DNA of 62,876 nucleotides, the filler included. It is 4 parts of 4 records of this genome, joined end to end, with 100 filler letters (N's around TTAATTAATTAA, not from the genome) between each part and the next. Parts side by side here need not be neighbours in the genome. Positions count along the whole stretch, not along the records: positions 19,835 to 51,066 come from SRR20825019_2229; 3 more parts are not named here. One strand, given 5' to 3'. The position numbers and the translations under genes were made by a program. This document shows positions 31,669-41,772 of the stretch, one piece after another. The stretch's first letter is position 1. Every line of letters starts with the position of its first letter. A model generated the notes under the pieces. It saw only the letters and a program-made list of their open reading frames with translations, was not told where the DNA came from and searched no databases.

Positions 31669-32408
31669 TGCGTGTCTGGTTACCTGCCACTCTTTTGGCC
31701 TCACTGCTGCTCGTGCTGAGTGCCGGCATGCCGGTGCTGGAGCCATTGTTTAACTGGGTGCAGCCGGGCAAGCAGCAGGTGATCTATGAACGGGAGAGCT
31801 TTTTATTCCTGCTTCAGAATCACCTGATGCTGGTCGTCGTATCGGCGGCCGTGGGTACTCTCGTTGCGGTGGCTGGCGGCATCTTTGTCACCCGTCCTTT
31901 TGGCCGCGATTTCCTGCCCTTGGTTGGGCAAGTGGCCTCCATTGGCCAGACCTTTCCGCCGGTGGCTGTACTTGCGTTGGCGGTACCAGTGCTTGGTTTC
32001 GGCGAGGCTCCGATTCTTCTTGCGTTGGTCCTTTATGGCTTGCTGCCCATTCTGCGCAATACCCTGGCGGGGCTGGAAGGTATCAATCCGGCTGTACGGG
32101 AGGCAGCACTGGGTATGGGCATGTCGCCAGTGCAGGTCCTTGTGCGAGTAGAACTGCCCCTGGCCGGAAGGGTCATTCTCGCGGGTATTCGAACCTCTGT
32201 TACTATCAATATCGCGACCGCCGCTATCGGCTCAACCATTGGAGCCCGCACCCTGGGCGATCCGGTGATCGCCGGGCTGGTGAACGGCAATACCGCGTAT
32301 GTGCTGCAAGGGGCGATTCTGATCGGGTTGCTTGCGCTGACAACGGATAGCCTGTTTGAAGCACTTGAACGATCCTGGGATCGTCGATTGCAATCCGTAG
32401 GAGTCTAG
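31668..32408 (+). CDS. yehW: Osmoprotectant ABC transporter permease
   Basis: GQTFPPVAVLA, EAALGMGM, GIRTSVTINIATA. Confidence 0.9.
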   Translation: MRVWLPATLLASLLLVLSAGMPVLEPLFNWVQPGKQQVIYERESFLFLLQNHLMLVVVSAAVGTLVAVAGGIFVTRPFGRDFLPLVGQVASIGQTFPPVAVLALAVPVLGFGEAPILLALVLYGLLPILRNTLAGLEGINPAVREAALGMGMSPVQVLVRVELPLAGRVILAGIRTSVTINIATAAIGSTIGARTLGDPVIAGLVNGNTAYVLQGAILIGLLALTTDSLFEALERSWDRRLQSVGV

Positions 32409-33020
32409 ATGGGTAGTTATCTGCTGTTTGTTGTTATCGCTATAGCGACTGTCCTCAGCCCGGGGCCAGGCGTTATGTTGACACTGACCAACGCCATTCG
32501 GTTCGGTGTGTCCGGTGCCTTCGGCGGAATTCTGGGGATTGCCTTTGGTACGTTCATTGTTGCGGGTATTTCAGCCACAAGCCTGGGCATTGTACTGGCG
32601 ACGTCGGCGACGGCATTTAGCATCATGAAGTTTATTGGTGCCGCCTACCTGATTTATCTGGGGGTAAAACTGTGGCGGTCTCCTGTTACGGAAATGGAGG
32701 AAGCGACGGCGGCAGCTCGGAGCAGGAAACTCCAGTTTCTTGAGGGGCTGACATTGCAACTCACAAACCCGAAAGCCGTATTCTTCTTCCTGTCTGTTTT
32801 TCCTCAATTTATTGATTACTCGACTGAATTTGTCGGCCAGTTTGCCCTTTTGGTCGTCACTTACAGCGCCCTGGTTGTCGCCATCCACTTGCTGTATGCA
32901 CGCCTCGCCAGATCAGCCCGTGGCTGGCTTTCATCTGAAAAAGGGGGGCACTTGGTCAATAAACTGGGTGGGGCGACGTTTGTTGGTTTTGGGGTGGGGC
33001 TGGCAACGGCGAGCAGGTAG
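32409..33020 (+). CDS. LysE/RhtB-family translocator
   Basis: LSPGPG, GAAYLIYLG, TNPKAVFFF. Confidence 0.93.
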   Translation: MGSYLLFVVIAIATVLSPGPGVMLTLTNAIRFGVSGAFGGILGIAFGTFIVAGISATSLGIVLATSATAFSIMKFIGAAYLIYLGVKLWRSPVTEMEEATAAARSRKLQFLEGLTLQLTNPKAVFFFLSVFPQFIDYSTEFVGQFALLVVTYSALVVAIHLLYARLARSARGWLSSEKGGHLVNKLGGATFVGFGVGLATASR

Positions 33021-33173
33021 CGGCGAGTCACTTCCAGCGCTTATAGGGGTGATTCAGTCGTCGGAAACTGCTCCATTGTCTGTGGTGTAGACATCGGTTA
33101 GATTCCCCAAACATGTCGGCGATAAAGTCAAAGAAAGTGGTAATGCCTAGTGCATGTCGAGGGGAGGAAAAGC

Positions 33174-33740
33174 ATGGAGCAAAGTGAAACAAACTCTCAG
33201 TTCAACGCGGAATTACTTTGTCCGGCCAAGCCCGGCGAAGGCGCTCCCTGGGCCTTTATTGTTCTGCCCCGGGAGGCAAGCAAAAAGCTTCCCAGGCGGG
33301 GAAGAACAACGGTAGAGGCCAGCCTCAACGGTCATCATTTTCAGGTAACGCTCGAGCCCGATGGTCAATTGAGCCATTGGCTAAAGGTGAGCAAGGAACA
33401 TCTCGAAGCTGCAGGTGTGAGCGTCGGTGATGTTGTTGATTTGGGCATCAGGCCGGTGGACCAGGAACCTGAACCAGAAGTTCCCTCGGACCTGCAAGAG
33501 GCGTTGGAAGCGGCCCCCGAGGCTCGGGTGGTTTGGAATGAGACAACCACCATCGCGCGTCTGGACTGGATTCATTGGATTGTCTCAGCCAAGCAGGCAA
33601 AAACCCGGACGAAGCGAATTAGCGATGCGTGCGACATGCTGGCCTCGGGAAAGCGGCGCGTTTGCTGCTTTGATCCTTCAGGGTATTACAGCAAAGCACT
33701 CAGTGCGCCCAAGGCGGCGGACACACAGGAGATTGGATGA
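33174..33740 (+). CDS. DUF1905 + YdeI/OmpD-associated (OmdA) domain protein
   Basis: EPDGQLSHWLKV; VPSDLQEAL...WIHWIVSAKQAKTRTKRI. Confidence 0.82.
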   Translation: MEQSETNSQFNAELLCPAKPGEGAPWAFIVLPREASKKLPRRGRTTVEASLNGHHFQVTLEPDGQLSHWLKVSKEHLEAAGVSVGDVVDLGIRPVDQEPEPEVPSDLQEALEAAPEARVVWNETTTIARLDWIHWIVSAKQAKTRTKRISDACDMLASGKRRVCCFDPSGYYSKALSAPKAADTQEIG

Positions 33741-35125
33741 GCAAGCCCGTTGTATCAAGCCCCCTGCGGCGAGCTTTCCCGCTTGTCGCAATCCTTTTGC
33801 TCACCGCCTGCGATGCGCCACAACTTCTTCCGCCTGACGCCCGCCTTCCGGACGGCAGTACCTATTCCGGTGATATTCAGGATGGTTACTTTCACGGTGA
33901 AGGCGTTCAGGAATTTGCCAGTGGCATGGTCTACACCGGCCAGTTCCAGGAGGGCTACTGGCACGGCCATGGTGAGCTCGAATCTCCGGCGGGTTGGCAT
34001 TACGAGGGCGAGTTCCAGAAAGGGACGATGTCGGGACAGGGCGTAATCGAAGACGACGGCAGTCGCTACGAGGGGGAATTCCGGAACGGTGAGTTTCACG
34101 GTGAGGGGCGTTACGAAGCCGGTGGCAGTGTCTATATCGCTGAGTTTGAAGATGGCGAGCCCGTGGAGGGAAAACACGTTACGGATTACGGCACCTACGA
34201 AGGGGAGTTCCGTGACTGGTATTACCACGGGGAAGGCAGCTACGCCTTTACCGGCGAATCGGAGGATCTGGGTAGCCTCACAGGAACCTGGGAGTTTGGT
34301 GAGTTCGTCGACCAGGAAGAGTACGTCGCGGAAGCACCTGTCCCGGAAGAACCAGCGCTTTTGACTGAGACTGTTCTCGTCGAAGACCGTCGGCGCCTGA
34401 GCAACCAGATCGAGAGTCTCGCCCCGGAACAGGCGGGGGCGGCAGACGCCTACTTCCTGGCCGTGGGTGGCGACGGTACCGAGTCGGTGTTCATGCGCGA
34501 TATCCAGGTTGCCAAAACTGGCCTTCAGGCGCAGTTCGATGTGGAAAACCGCATCATCATGCTGCTCAATCACCGGGACTATGAAACGTTTCCTCTGGCT
34601 ACCCGGCCATCCATTGCCTCAGCTCTGGAGGCATTGGATGCGCAGATGAACCCGAAGGAAGACCTGCTCGTGGTTCACTTGGTCAGCCACGGTATGCAAA
34701 ACGGACAACTGCTGTTGCAGCAACCCGGTATCGAGTTGCCGAACCTCTCGCCGCAGGATTTTGCGGAAATGCTGGAACCACTGAACGTGCGCCGAAAACT
34801 GCTAGTGATTTCCGCATGCTACTCCGGCCAGTGGATAGAGCCACTCAAGGACGAAGACACACTGATCATGACCTCCGCCCGGTCAGACCGTACCTCTTTC
34901 GGCTGTGGTGATGACTCGGAGATGACCTGGTTCACCAAGGCGGTTTATCAGAGTGTGGGGCTGTCATTGGCCGACCCTGATGCCATGTTCGAGAACATCA
35001 ACCAGCAGATCCGAACCTGGGAAGAAGAGATTGGTATGGAAGAATCGAATTGGTCCTATCCCCAGTCGCACGTCGGTGAGAACCTGCGTAAGTGGTTGAG
35101 CCAGATGTCTCAAACTACGCCATAG
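33737..35125 (+). CDS. Lipoprotein with MORN repeats and C-terminal C13 (legumain-like, clan CD) peptidase
   Basis: Lipobox LLTAC; repeated YxGxFxxGxxHGxG; catalytic dyad HLVSHG and ISACYSG; SFGC. Confidence 0.88.
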   Translation: MSKPVVSSPLRRAFPLVAILLLTACDAPQLLPPDARLPDGSTYSGDIQDGYFHGEGVQEFASGMVYTGQFQEGYWHGHGELESPAGWHYEGEFQKGTMSGQGVIEDDGSRYEGEFRNGEFHGEGRYEAGGSVYIAEFEDGEPVEGKHVTDYGTYEGEFRDWYYHGEGSYAFTGESEDLGSLTGTWEFGEFVDQEEYVAEAPVPEEPALLTETVLVEDRRRLSNQIESLAPEQAGAADAYFLAVGGDGTESVFMRDIQVAKTGLQAQFDVENRIIMLLNHRDYETFPLATRPSIASALEALDAQMNPKEDLLVVHLVSHGMQNGQLLLQQPGIELPNLSPQDFAEMLEPLNVRRKLLVISACYSGQWIEPLKDEDTLIMTSARSDRTSFGCGDDSEMTWFTKAVYQSVGLSLADPDAMFENINQQIRTWEEEIGMEESNWSYPQSHVGENLRKWLSQMSQTTP

Positions 35126-35153
35126 AAAGCTAAAACACCGTGATGAGCTCGCG

Positions 35154-36374
35154 ATGGACCCGATGATCACAGCCGCTGGCCGAGCGCTTGCGATGGGCGA
35201 CCCGTTGGCCGCGCTGAACTGCGTTGCCTTGCGCGACGACGCGCAGTCGCTTGCGCTGCGTGGCATCGCCATGGCTCAGCTCGGAGAACTGGACCGGGCC
35301 AGGGTGTTGATAGGCAACGCTACCCGTGCTTTTGGTTCGCGGGAACCGTTGGCACGTGCAAAGTGCATTGTGGCCGAGGCGGAAATTGCGCTTGCTTCCC
35401 GTGATCTCGGCTGGCCATCCCGCAAGCTTGACGCAGCGCGCGAGGTGCTGGAACAGCATGGCGACCGGGTGAATGCAACGCATGCGCGCTATATCGATAT
35501 CCGGCGCCGGCTGCTGATCGGTCGACTCGATGAAGCTGAGCTCGAACTGGGGGTTATGGACGTAGCCTCGTTGCCGCCGGCGTTGAGAGCCATCCATGAA
35601 CTTATTGTTGCCGGGATCGCTATGCGGCGCCTGGAAACCCAGGTGGCACGCGATGCGCTCCTGCAGGCCGAACGCGCCTCACAGCACGCCGGTATTCCGG
35701 CTCTTGTGGCTGAAGTCGCCAGTAAAGTTGAACTTCTGGGCTTGCCCGCCGCTCGCCTGACCAGGATGGGGAGTGAGCGGTTGCTGCTTCTAAATGAAGT
35801 AGAAGCGTTAATGGCGTCCCAGGCGTTTGTGGTCGACGGATGCCGTTTTACCGTGAAGCACAAGGAAGCTGTTGTGTCACTCGCGACGCGCCCTTTGCTG
35901 TTTGTGTTGCTTCGCATCATGGCTGAAGCCTGGCCCAAAGAAGCATCCAGAGACGAGCTGATTGCACGGGCGTTTCGCATGAAACAGGCTGATGATTCCC
36001 ATCGTGCGCGTCTGCGGGTGGAGATCGGGCGCCTTCGTGAGTTATTGAAGCCGTTGGCAACCGTGGATGCCACCTCACGGGGTTTTGCACTGGTGCCCCA
36101 TGAGGCGTGCGAGGTGGCCGTCCTGGCACAGCCAGTGGAGGAAAAGTACGCGCCTATACTGGCACTGCTTTCCGATGGTGAGTCCTGGTCGAGTTCCGCC
36201 TTGGCTCTGGCGTTGAATATCGGCCAGCGCAGCGTGCAGCGGGCACTCGATACGTTAGCGACAGAAGGCAAGGTTTATTCGTTTGGCCGGGGCCGCAACC
36301 GCCGCTGGACAACGCCACCCATTGCCGGATTCGCGACAATCTTGTTACTCCCTGGTTCACTGGCCCTTGGCTAA
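35154..36374 (+). CDS. Uncharacterised DNA-binding protein (TPR-like helices + two HTH/wHTH domains)
   Basis: GDPLAALNCVALRDD...LRGIAMAQLG; HRARLRVEIGRLR; WSSSALALAL...SVQRALDTL. Confidence 0.8.
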   Translation: MDPMITAAGRALAMGDPLAALNCVALRDDAQSLALRGIAMAQLGELDRARVLIGNATRAFGSREPLARAKCIVAEAEIALASRDLGWPSRKLDAAREVLEQHGDRVNATHARYIDIRRRLLIGRLDEAELELGVMDVASLPPALRAIHELIVAGIAMRRLETQVARDALLQAERASQHAGIPALVAEVASKVELLGLPAARLTRMGSERLLLLNEVEALMASQAFVVDGCRFTVKHKEAVVSLATRPLLFVLLRIMAEAWPKEASRDELIARAFRMKQADDSHRARLRVEIGRLRELLKPLATVDATSRGFALVPHEACEVAVLAQPVEEKYAPILALLSDGESWSSSALALALNIGQRSVQRALDTLATEGKVYSFGRGRNRRWTTPPIAGFATILLLPGSLALG

Positions 36375-36403
36375 TATGGGGACGTGATTCAGTCAACCAG
36401 GAG

Positions 36404-37036
36404 ATGACCATGAAACAGTTTAGTGCAGAGATTCTCAACGAGTACGGCCCCTTCCACGGAGCTGAGCAGATCCATGGGGTTACATTCGATGGGCAGCGCG
36501 TCTGGTTTGCGTCCGGTGACAAACTGAATGCAATCGATCCGGATAGCGGCAAGCCGGTCGATTCCCTTAGTGTGCCCGCACAAGCCGGGACCGCTTTTGA
36601 CGGACACCATATTTTCCAGATTGCGGACAGCCAGATTCAAAAGGTTGATCCAAAAACCGGCGAGGTACTTGGAACCATCCCTGCGCCAGACGGCTGCTCG
36701 GGGCTGGCATGGGCGGAAGGTTCTCTCTGGGTGGGGCAGTATCAGGCGTGCAAGATTCATCAGCTGGACCCGCAAACAGGGAAGGTTCTTCGTAGCATCG
36801 AATCCAACCGACATGTGACCGGTGTTACCTGGATCGACAGCGAACTTTGGCACGCCACCTGGGACGGTGACGACAATGAGATCAGGCAGATCGACCCCCA
36901 GACCGGGGACGTTCTGAAAAGCATTGCAATGCCGTCCGGCGTTGGCATATCGGGGCTTGAGGCCGATGGCCGTAGTCGCTTCTTCTGCGGAGGTGGCCAG
37001 AGTGGGAAGTTGAGGGTTGTTCGTCGTCCGGATTAG
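36404..37036 (+). CDS. Glutaminyl-cyclase/Vgb-like beta-propeller protein, no signal peptide
   Basis: Repeated IDPxTGxVLxSI blades; AGTAFDG, SGLAWAEG, FFCGGG. Confidence 0.78.
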   Translation: MTMKQFSAEILNEYGPFHGAEQIHGVTFDGQRVWFASGDKLNAIDPDSGKPVDSLSVPAQAGTAFDGHHIFQIADSQIQKVDPKTGEVLGTIPAPDGCSGLAWAEGSLWVGQYQACKIHQLDPQTGKVLRSIESNRHVTGVTWIDSELWHATWDGDDNEIRQIDPQTGDVLKSIAMPSGVGISGLEADGRSRFFCGGGQSGKLRVVRRPD

Positions 37037-37098
37037 CTGCCCAAACCATCCATGGACAGGTGGCTCAGTGGGGTTGTTGCAGGCGCATCCTACGCATC

Positions 37099-38343
37099 CT
37101 AGATGTCTCGTGATTCAAACTCTGTATTGCGCGGATCAAGTTCCTCAACCCCCAATCCTGCTTCCGGAGTGACGGTGTAGTACTGCTCCTGCTGCTCCAC
37201 AGTTGGGTGTTGGCGCTTCGGCCCCGCAACCATGAACAGGATCAGCCCTCCCAGCATCAGGGCATTGCTGACGAAAAGGCCCCGCGGCCCCAGAAGGTCC
37301 ATGAACAGGGAACTGACCAGCGGGCCGATGATGCTGCCAATGCCGTAACTCAGTAACAGTGCTGTGCTCGCTGCGGTGATCTGGTGGGTTTCCATCAGGT
37401 CATTGGTGATGGCCACAGCGATGGGGTAGATGGCAGCACTGATGCCCATGTACAACCCGACAAACAGCACCAGGGCCACCATGCTGATGTTGCCAATAAT
37501 GGCCGCAGCCAGACTGCACACGGCAGCGACGATGGCGGCCACCAGCATGACCCGGTATCGGTCGAAGCGGTCGCACAGTTGCCCGATGGGCCAGGCCATC
37601 AGCATGGCAGCCACGATGGCCGAAGCCATGAAGTTGGAGAGCTGCCCGAGGTTCAGGCCAATCTGATTGGCGTACACTGGTCCCATGGCATAGAAGGCAC
37701 TGATGAGCAGCCCGGCGATCAGTGCGCCGAGCGTGCCCGTTGGTGACTTGTTATAGAGTTTACGTAATGACAGGCGTTCACCCTGCGAAACCGACGGTGA
37801 CTCCCGGCGGGTCATTGTCAGGGGGGTGAGGGCGAGCACCACCAGGATGGTGGCCAGGGAAAAGGGAATAAAGCCCGCCGGGTCGGCGACGCGTATCAAT
37901 ACCTGACCCCCGGCAGTGGATAGGAAGAAGATGACCTGGTAAATGGCAAACAGGCTGGCCCGGTTACGGTTGTCGGCCTTGCTGCTGAACCAGCTTTCCA
38001 TCACGATCATCAGGCCGGCCATTACGAAGCCGCCCACGGCCCGCAGGCCACCCCAGAGTCCGGCCTGGACGGCCATTGGATAAATCAGAATCGAGGCAGA
38101 AAGCACCGCGGCGAAAACCGCGAACGCGCGGATGTGTCCCACCTTTTCAATGATGCGCCCGGCATAGAGCGTGCCGGCCACAAAGCCGATGGAGTAGAAC
38201 GCCAGGATCCACCCGATCACACTGGCGCTGAAGTCTTCGATGCTGAGCCTGAGCCCCAGCAGGGTCATGAGGAAAGCGTTACCCGCGATGAGCAGAATGA
38301 TGCTCAGGATCAGTGACGTCAGGCTGATGATGGTTTGCCGCAT
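37099..38343 (-). CDS. MFS transporter (YcaD-like)
   Basis: About 12 TM; VGHIRAFA, VMESW, DRFDR, GSIIGP. Confidence 0.92.
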   Translation of the reverse strand: MRQTIISLTSLILSIILLIAGNAFLMTLLGLRLSIEDFSASVIGWILAFYSIGFVAGTLYAGRIIEKVGHIRAFAVFAAVLSASILIYPMAVQAGLWGGLRAVGGFVMAGLMIVMESWFSSKADNRNRASLFAIYQVIFFLSTAGGQVLIRVADPAGFIPFSLATILVVLALTPLTMTRRESPSVSQGERLSLRKLYNKSPTGTLGALIAGLLISAFYAMGPVYANQIGLNLGQLSNFMASAIVAAMLMAWPIGQLCDRFDRYRVMLVAAIVAAVCSLAAAIIGNISMVALVLFVGLYMGISAAIYPIAVAITNDLMETHQITAASTALLLSYGIGSIIGPLVSSLFMDLLGPRGLFVSNALMLGGLILFMVAGPKRQHPTVEQQEQYYTVTPEAGLGVEELDPRNTEFESRDI

Positions 38344-38517
38344 CAATCGTCGGTCCCCGCTTGTCCGCTAGTCTGGATGTCCGTATAAGTTTGTGGGGTT
38401 GTGCGGAAATACTGTAGTGATGGTCTCGCTTGAATTAAAGGGGCCCATCCGATCCGTCTGTGGTGTGAATTCGTGCGCTGTTGAGAACAGCGCTTCAGAG
38501 GTGAGGTAGAAAGTTCA

Positions 38518-38745
38518 TTGACGCCGGAACAAATCGATACCCTGCTGGAAACCATCCCCGACGCCCGTGACGGTCTCACCCGCACGGAGCGGATCATTCT
38601 CTATGTGTTACACGAAACCCAGCATGAGTTAAAAGGTCGTAACGTGCCAACGGTTATGCTCTATGGCCGGGTGGTGGAATACGTCAACATCAGCGAAGCG
38701 GAGCTCCATGTCTATCTGGACAGGTTGGGTGTGAGGGGCGGCTGA
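38518..38745 (+). CDS. 75-aa mini-protein resembling the GyrA/ParC N-terminal (QRDR) segment
   Basis: TTG start preceded by GAGGTGAGG; IPDARDGLTRTERIILY resembles GyrA LPDVRDGLKPVHRRVLY. Confidence 0.75.
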   Translation: MTPEQIDTLLETIPDARDGLTRTERIILYVLHETQHELKGRNVPTVMLYGRVVEYVNISEAELHVYLDRLGVRGG

Positions 38746-38848
38746 GTTGCCCCAGGTCATTGATTTTCGCCGTTCATTATTTGCGCAAACGCTAATCCAC
38801 TGTTAGGTTTCTAGTCAGGGCTTCATCCTGAATTCATAGGGAGAGCGC

Positions 38849-39265
38849 ATGGCAGACACCGTCACTGACTTGCTGGTCCGCTACTGGGCCACCGGCTTCT
38901 TCATCGTTGCCACATTGGGCCTTTGTGCCTTTATGGTGGGTGCCTCCAGCTTGCTTGGAGGGCGTAGCCGGGGTGTCAGCAAATCCCTCCCTTTCGAGTC
39001 CGGCATCGTCGGCACCGGTGATGCCAGACAACGCTTTTCCGTCAAGTTTTATCTGGTCGCGATGCTGTTCGTGATCTTCGATATCGAAGCCGTGTTCCTG
39101 TTTGCCTGGGCCATTGTCATTCCCGACGTGGGCTGGACAGGATTCTGGGGCGCGGCGGTTTTTATCCTGATTCTGCTGGCCGGTCTGCTCTATGACAGTC
39201 GTACCGGTGCCCTGGACTGGGCCCCGGAATCATCCAGCGGTAGACCTCGTAGTCCGGCAGGCTGA
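38849..39265 (+). CDS. nuoA: NADH-quinone oxidoreductase subunit A
   Basis: [26 protein letters not shown]. Confidence 0.97.
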   Translation: MADTVTDLLVRYWATGFFIVATLGLCAFMVGASSLLGGRSRGVSKSLPFESGIVGTGDARQRFSVKFYLVAMLFVIFDIEAVFLFAWAIVIPDVGWTGFWGAAVFILILLAGLLYDSRTGALDWAPESSSGRPRSPAG

Positions 39266-39337
39266 TTCAACGCACCCGATTACGGCGCGGGCCAACGGTG
39301 ATTTCGCTGTTGGGACCAGCGCCCATGGAGGCGCAGC

Positions 39338-40015
39338 ATGTCCTACACACTGACCAGAGCGGAACCTTCGCCGGACGGTGACACGCAATACCCGGTACGG
39401 CAACAGGAACCGTCGGAAGATCCGGTGAAACGCCAGCTTGAACGCAATGTGTTCACCGGCAAGCTGAGCGACGTTCTCAATTCCGCGGTCAACTGGGGCC
39501 GCAAGAATTCCCTTTGGCCCTACAACTTCGGGCTGTCCTGCTGCTACGTGGAAATGACCACGGCCTTCACCGCGCCCCACGACATTGCCCGTTTCGGCTC
39601 CGAAGTTATCCGCGCATCGCCCCGACAGGCGGATTTCATGGTGATTGCCGGCACCTGCTTCATCAAGATGGCACCGGTGATCCAGCAACTGTACGACCAG
39701 ATGCTGGAGCCCAAGTGGGTAATCTCCATGGGCTCATGCGCAAACTCCGGCGGTATGTACGACATCTACTCGGTGGTGCAGGGCGTCGACAAGTTCCTGC
39801 CAGTGGATGTGTATGTGCCCGGTTGCCCGCCCCGGCCAGAGGCCTTTCTGCAGGGGTTGCAGTTGCTGCAGGACTCCATCCAGGAAGAACGCCGCCCGCT
39901 GTCCTGGGTGGTGGGCGATCAGGGGGTCTATCGGGCGGAGATGCCGTCCCAGCGTGAAAAATGGCGGGACCAGCGCATCCAGGCCACCGAACTGAGAACG
40001 CCGGACAAACTGTGA
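39338..40015 (+). CDS. nuoB: NADH-quinone oxidoreductase subunit B
   Basis: [33 protein letters not shown]. Confidence 0.98.
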   Translation: MSYTLTRAEPSPDGDTQYPVRQQEPSEDPVKRQLERNVFTGKLSDVLNSAVNWGRKNSLWPYNFGLSCCYVEMTTAFTAPHDIARFGSEVIRASPRQADFMVIAGTCFIKMAPVIQQLYDQMLEPKWVISMGSCANSGGMYDIYSVVQGVDKFLPVDVYVPGCPPRPEAFLQGLQLLQDSIQEERRPLSWVVGDQGVYRAEMPSQREKWRDQRIQATELRTPDKL

Positions 40016-41772
40016 CAAACGCAACGATGACGACAGGCACCGCTGACTTCGAGAGCCTGCTGGGCGATTTTAGAGAGGATGTACTGCATGTACAGCCCAC
40101 GCTGACGGGCATGCCCGTATTCTGGGTGTCTCGTGAGAGCATCGTGGATATCCTGACCCACTTGAAGCGGCAGCCAGCGCCATTTTCCATGCTCTATGAC
40201 CTGTCGGCCGTGGATGAGCGCTTGCGTGGTCACAGGAACGGTCTGCCAGAGGCTGACTTCACCGTGTTCTACCACTTGCTGTCGGTGGAGCGTAATGAAG
40301 ACCTGATCCTGAAGGTTGGGCTGCCAGAGAGCGATTTGCGGGTGCCCACCGTTAGTAACGTCTTTGCCAATGCCAATTGGTACGAGCGGGAAATCCTGGA
40401 CATGTTCGGTATCGCCGTCGCCGGACACCCGCATCCGGAGCGGATCCTGATGCCGCCGACCTGGACAGGCCACCCACTGCGGAAGGATTACCCTGCCCGG
40501 GCCACCGAGTTTGACCCCTATACCCTGACCGTGGAAGGCCAGGATGCAGAACAGGAAGCCATGAGGTTCGACCCGGAAGCCTGGGGCATGCAGCGTGAAC
40601 GCGACGGGGCGGAGTTCATGTTCCTCAACCTGGGGCCCAATCACCCGTCCGCCCACGGGGCTTTTCGCATTGTGCTGCAACTGGACGGTGAGGAAATTGT
40701 TGATTGTGTACCGGACATTGGCTACCACCATCGGGGCGCCGAGAAAATGGCCGAGCGCCAGTCGTGGCACAGCTTTATTCCCTACACCGATCGCATTGAT
40801 TACACCGGTGGCGTGATGAACAACCTGCCTTATGTGCTGGCCGCAGAAAAACTGGCCGGTATTGAGGTGCCGGAAAGGGTAAAGGTGATTCGGGTGATGA
40901 TGGCCGAGATGTTCCGCATCACCAGCCATCTGTTGTTCCTCGGGACCTACCTGCAGGATCTGGGGGCCATGACGCCGGTGTTCTACACCTTCAGCGACCG
41001 GCAGCGGGGCTATGAGGTGATCGAGGGCATTACCGGTTTTCGCATGCATCCGGCCTGGTACCGCATTGGCGGTGTTATGCAGGACCTGCCTCAGGGTTGG
41101 GAAAAACTGGTGCAGGGCTTTCTGGACTGGATGCCCGCACGTCTGAAGGAATACGAGCGGGCGATGATGGAAAACGCCATCGTGCGCGAGCGGACCCGCC
41201 ATGTGGCGGCCTTCAATACAGCCCAGGCACTGGAGTGGGGAGTGACCGGGCCTAACCTGCGGGCTACCGGCTGCGATTTTGATTTGCGTAAGCAGCGGCC
41301 TTACTCCGGTTACGAACAGTTCGATTTTGAGGTGCCGCTGGGTCACAACGGGGATGTGTTCGACCGGGGTCAGTTGCGTATTGATGAAATGCGCCAGAGC
41401 CTTCGAATCATTCAGCAGTGCGTTAACAACATGCCCACGGGTGACTACAAGGCGGATCATCCGCTGACGACGCCGCCACCCCGGGAACGCATGCTCCAGC
41501 ACATTGAAACCCTCATTACCCACTTCCTGCAGGTGTCCTGGGGGCCGGTACTGGAACCCAATGAATCCCTGCAGATGATTGAGGCCACCAAGGGCATCAA
41601 CAGTTATTACCTGACCAGTGACGGCAACACCATGAGTTACCGTACCCGCATCCGCACCCCGAGTTTCCCGCACCTGCAGCAGATACCGGCGGTAATGCGC
41701 GGAGGCTTTGTGCCGGACCTGATCGCCCACCTGGGCAGTATCGACTTTGTGATGGCAGACGTGGACCGCTGA
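40012..41772 (+). CDS. nuoC: NADH-quinone oxidoreductase fused subunit C/D
   Basis: [15 protein letters not shown] (C part); [28 protein letters not shown] (D part); GTG start overlapping the nuoB stop. Confidence 0.97.
   Translation: MTNATMTTGTADFESLLGDFREDVLHVQPTLTGMPVFWVSRESIVDILTHLKRQPAPFSMLYDLSAVDERLRGHRNGLPEADFTVFYHLLSVERNEDLILKVGLPESDLRVPTVSNVFANANWYEREILDMFGIAVAGHPHPERILMPPTWTGHPLRKDYPARATEFDPYTLTVEGQDAEQEAMRFDPEAWGMQRERDGAEFMFLNLGPNHPSAHGAFRIVLQLDGEEIVDCVPDIGYHHRGAEKMAERQSWHSFIPYTDRIDYTGGVMNNLPYVLAAEKLAGIEVPERVKVIRVMMAEMFRITSHLLFLGTYLQDLGAMTPVFYTFSDRQRGYEVIEGITGFRMHPAWYRIGGVMQDLPQGWEKLVQGFLDWMPARLKEYERAMMENAIVRERTRHVAAFNTAQALEWGVTGPNLRATGCDFDLRKQRPYSGYEQFDFEVPLGHNGDVFDRGQLRIDEMRQSLRIIQQCVNNMPTGDYKADHPLTTPPPRERMLQHIETLITHFLQVSWGPVLEPNESLQMIEATKGINSYYLTSDGNTMSYRTRIRTPSFPHLQQIPAVMRGGFVPDLIAHLGSIDFVMADVDR

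Noticed and set aside
38518-38745. gyrA/parC pseudogene fragment
   Set aside because: It has its own RBS, start and stop, is too diverged, and I saw no further topoisomerase-like sequence in the flanks; kept as a mini-protein finding instead.
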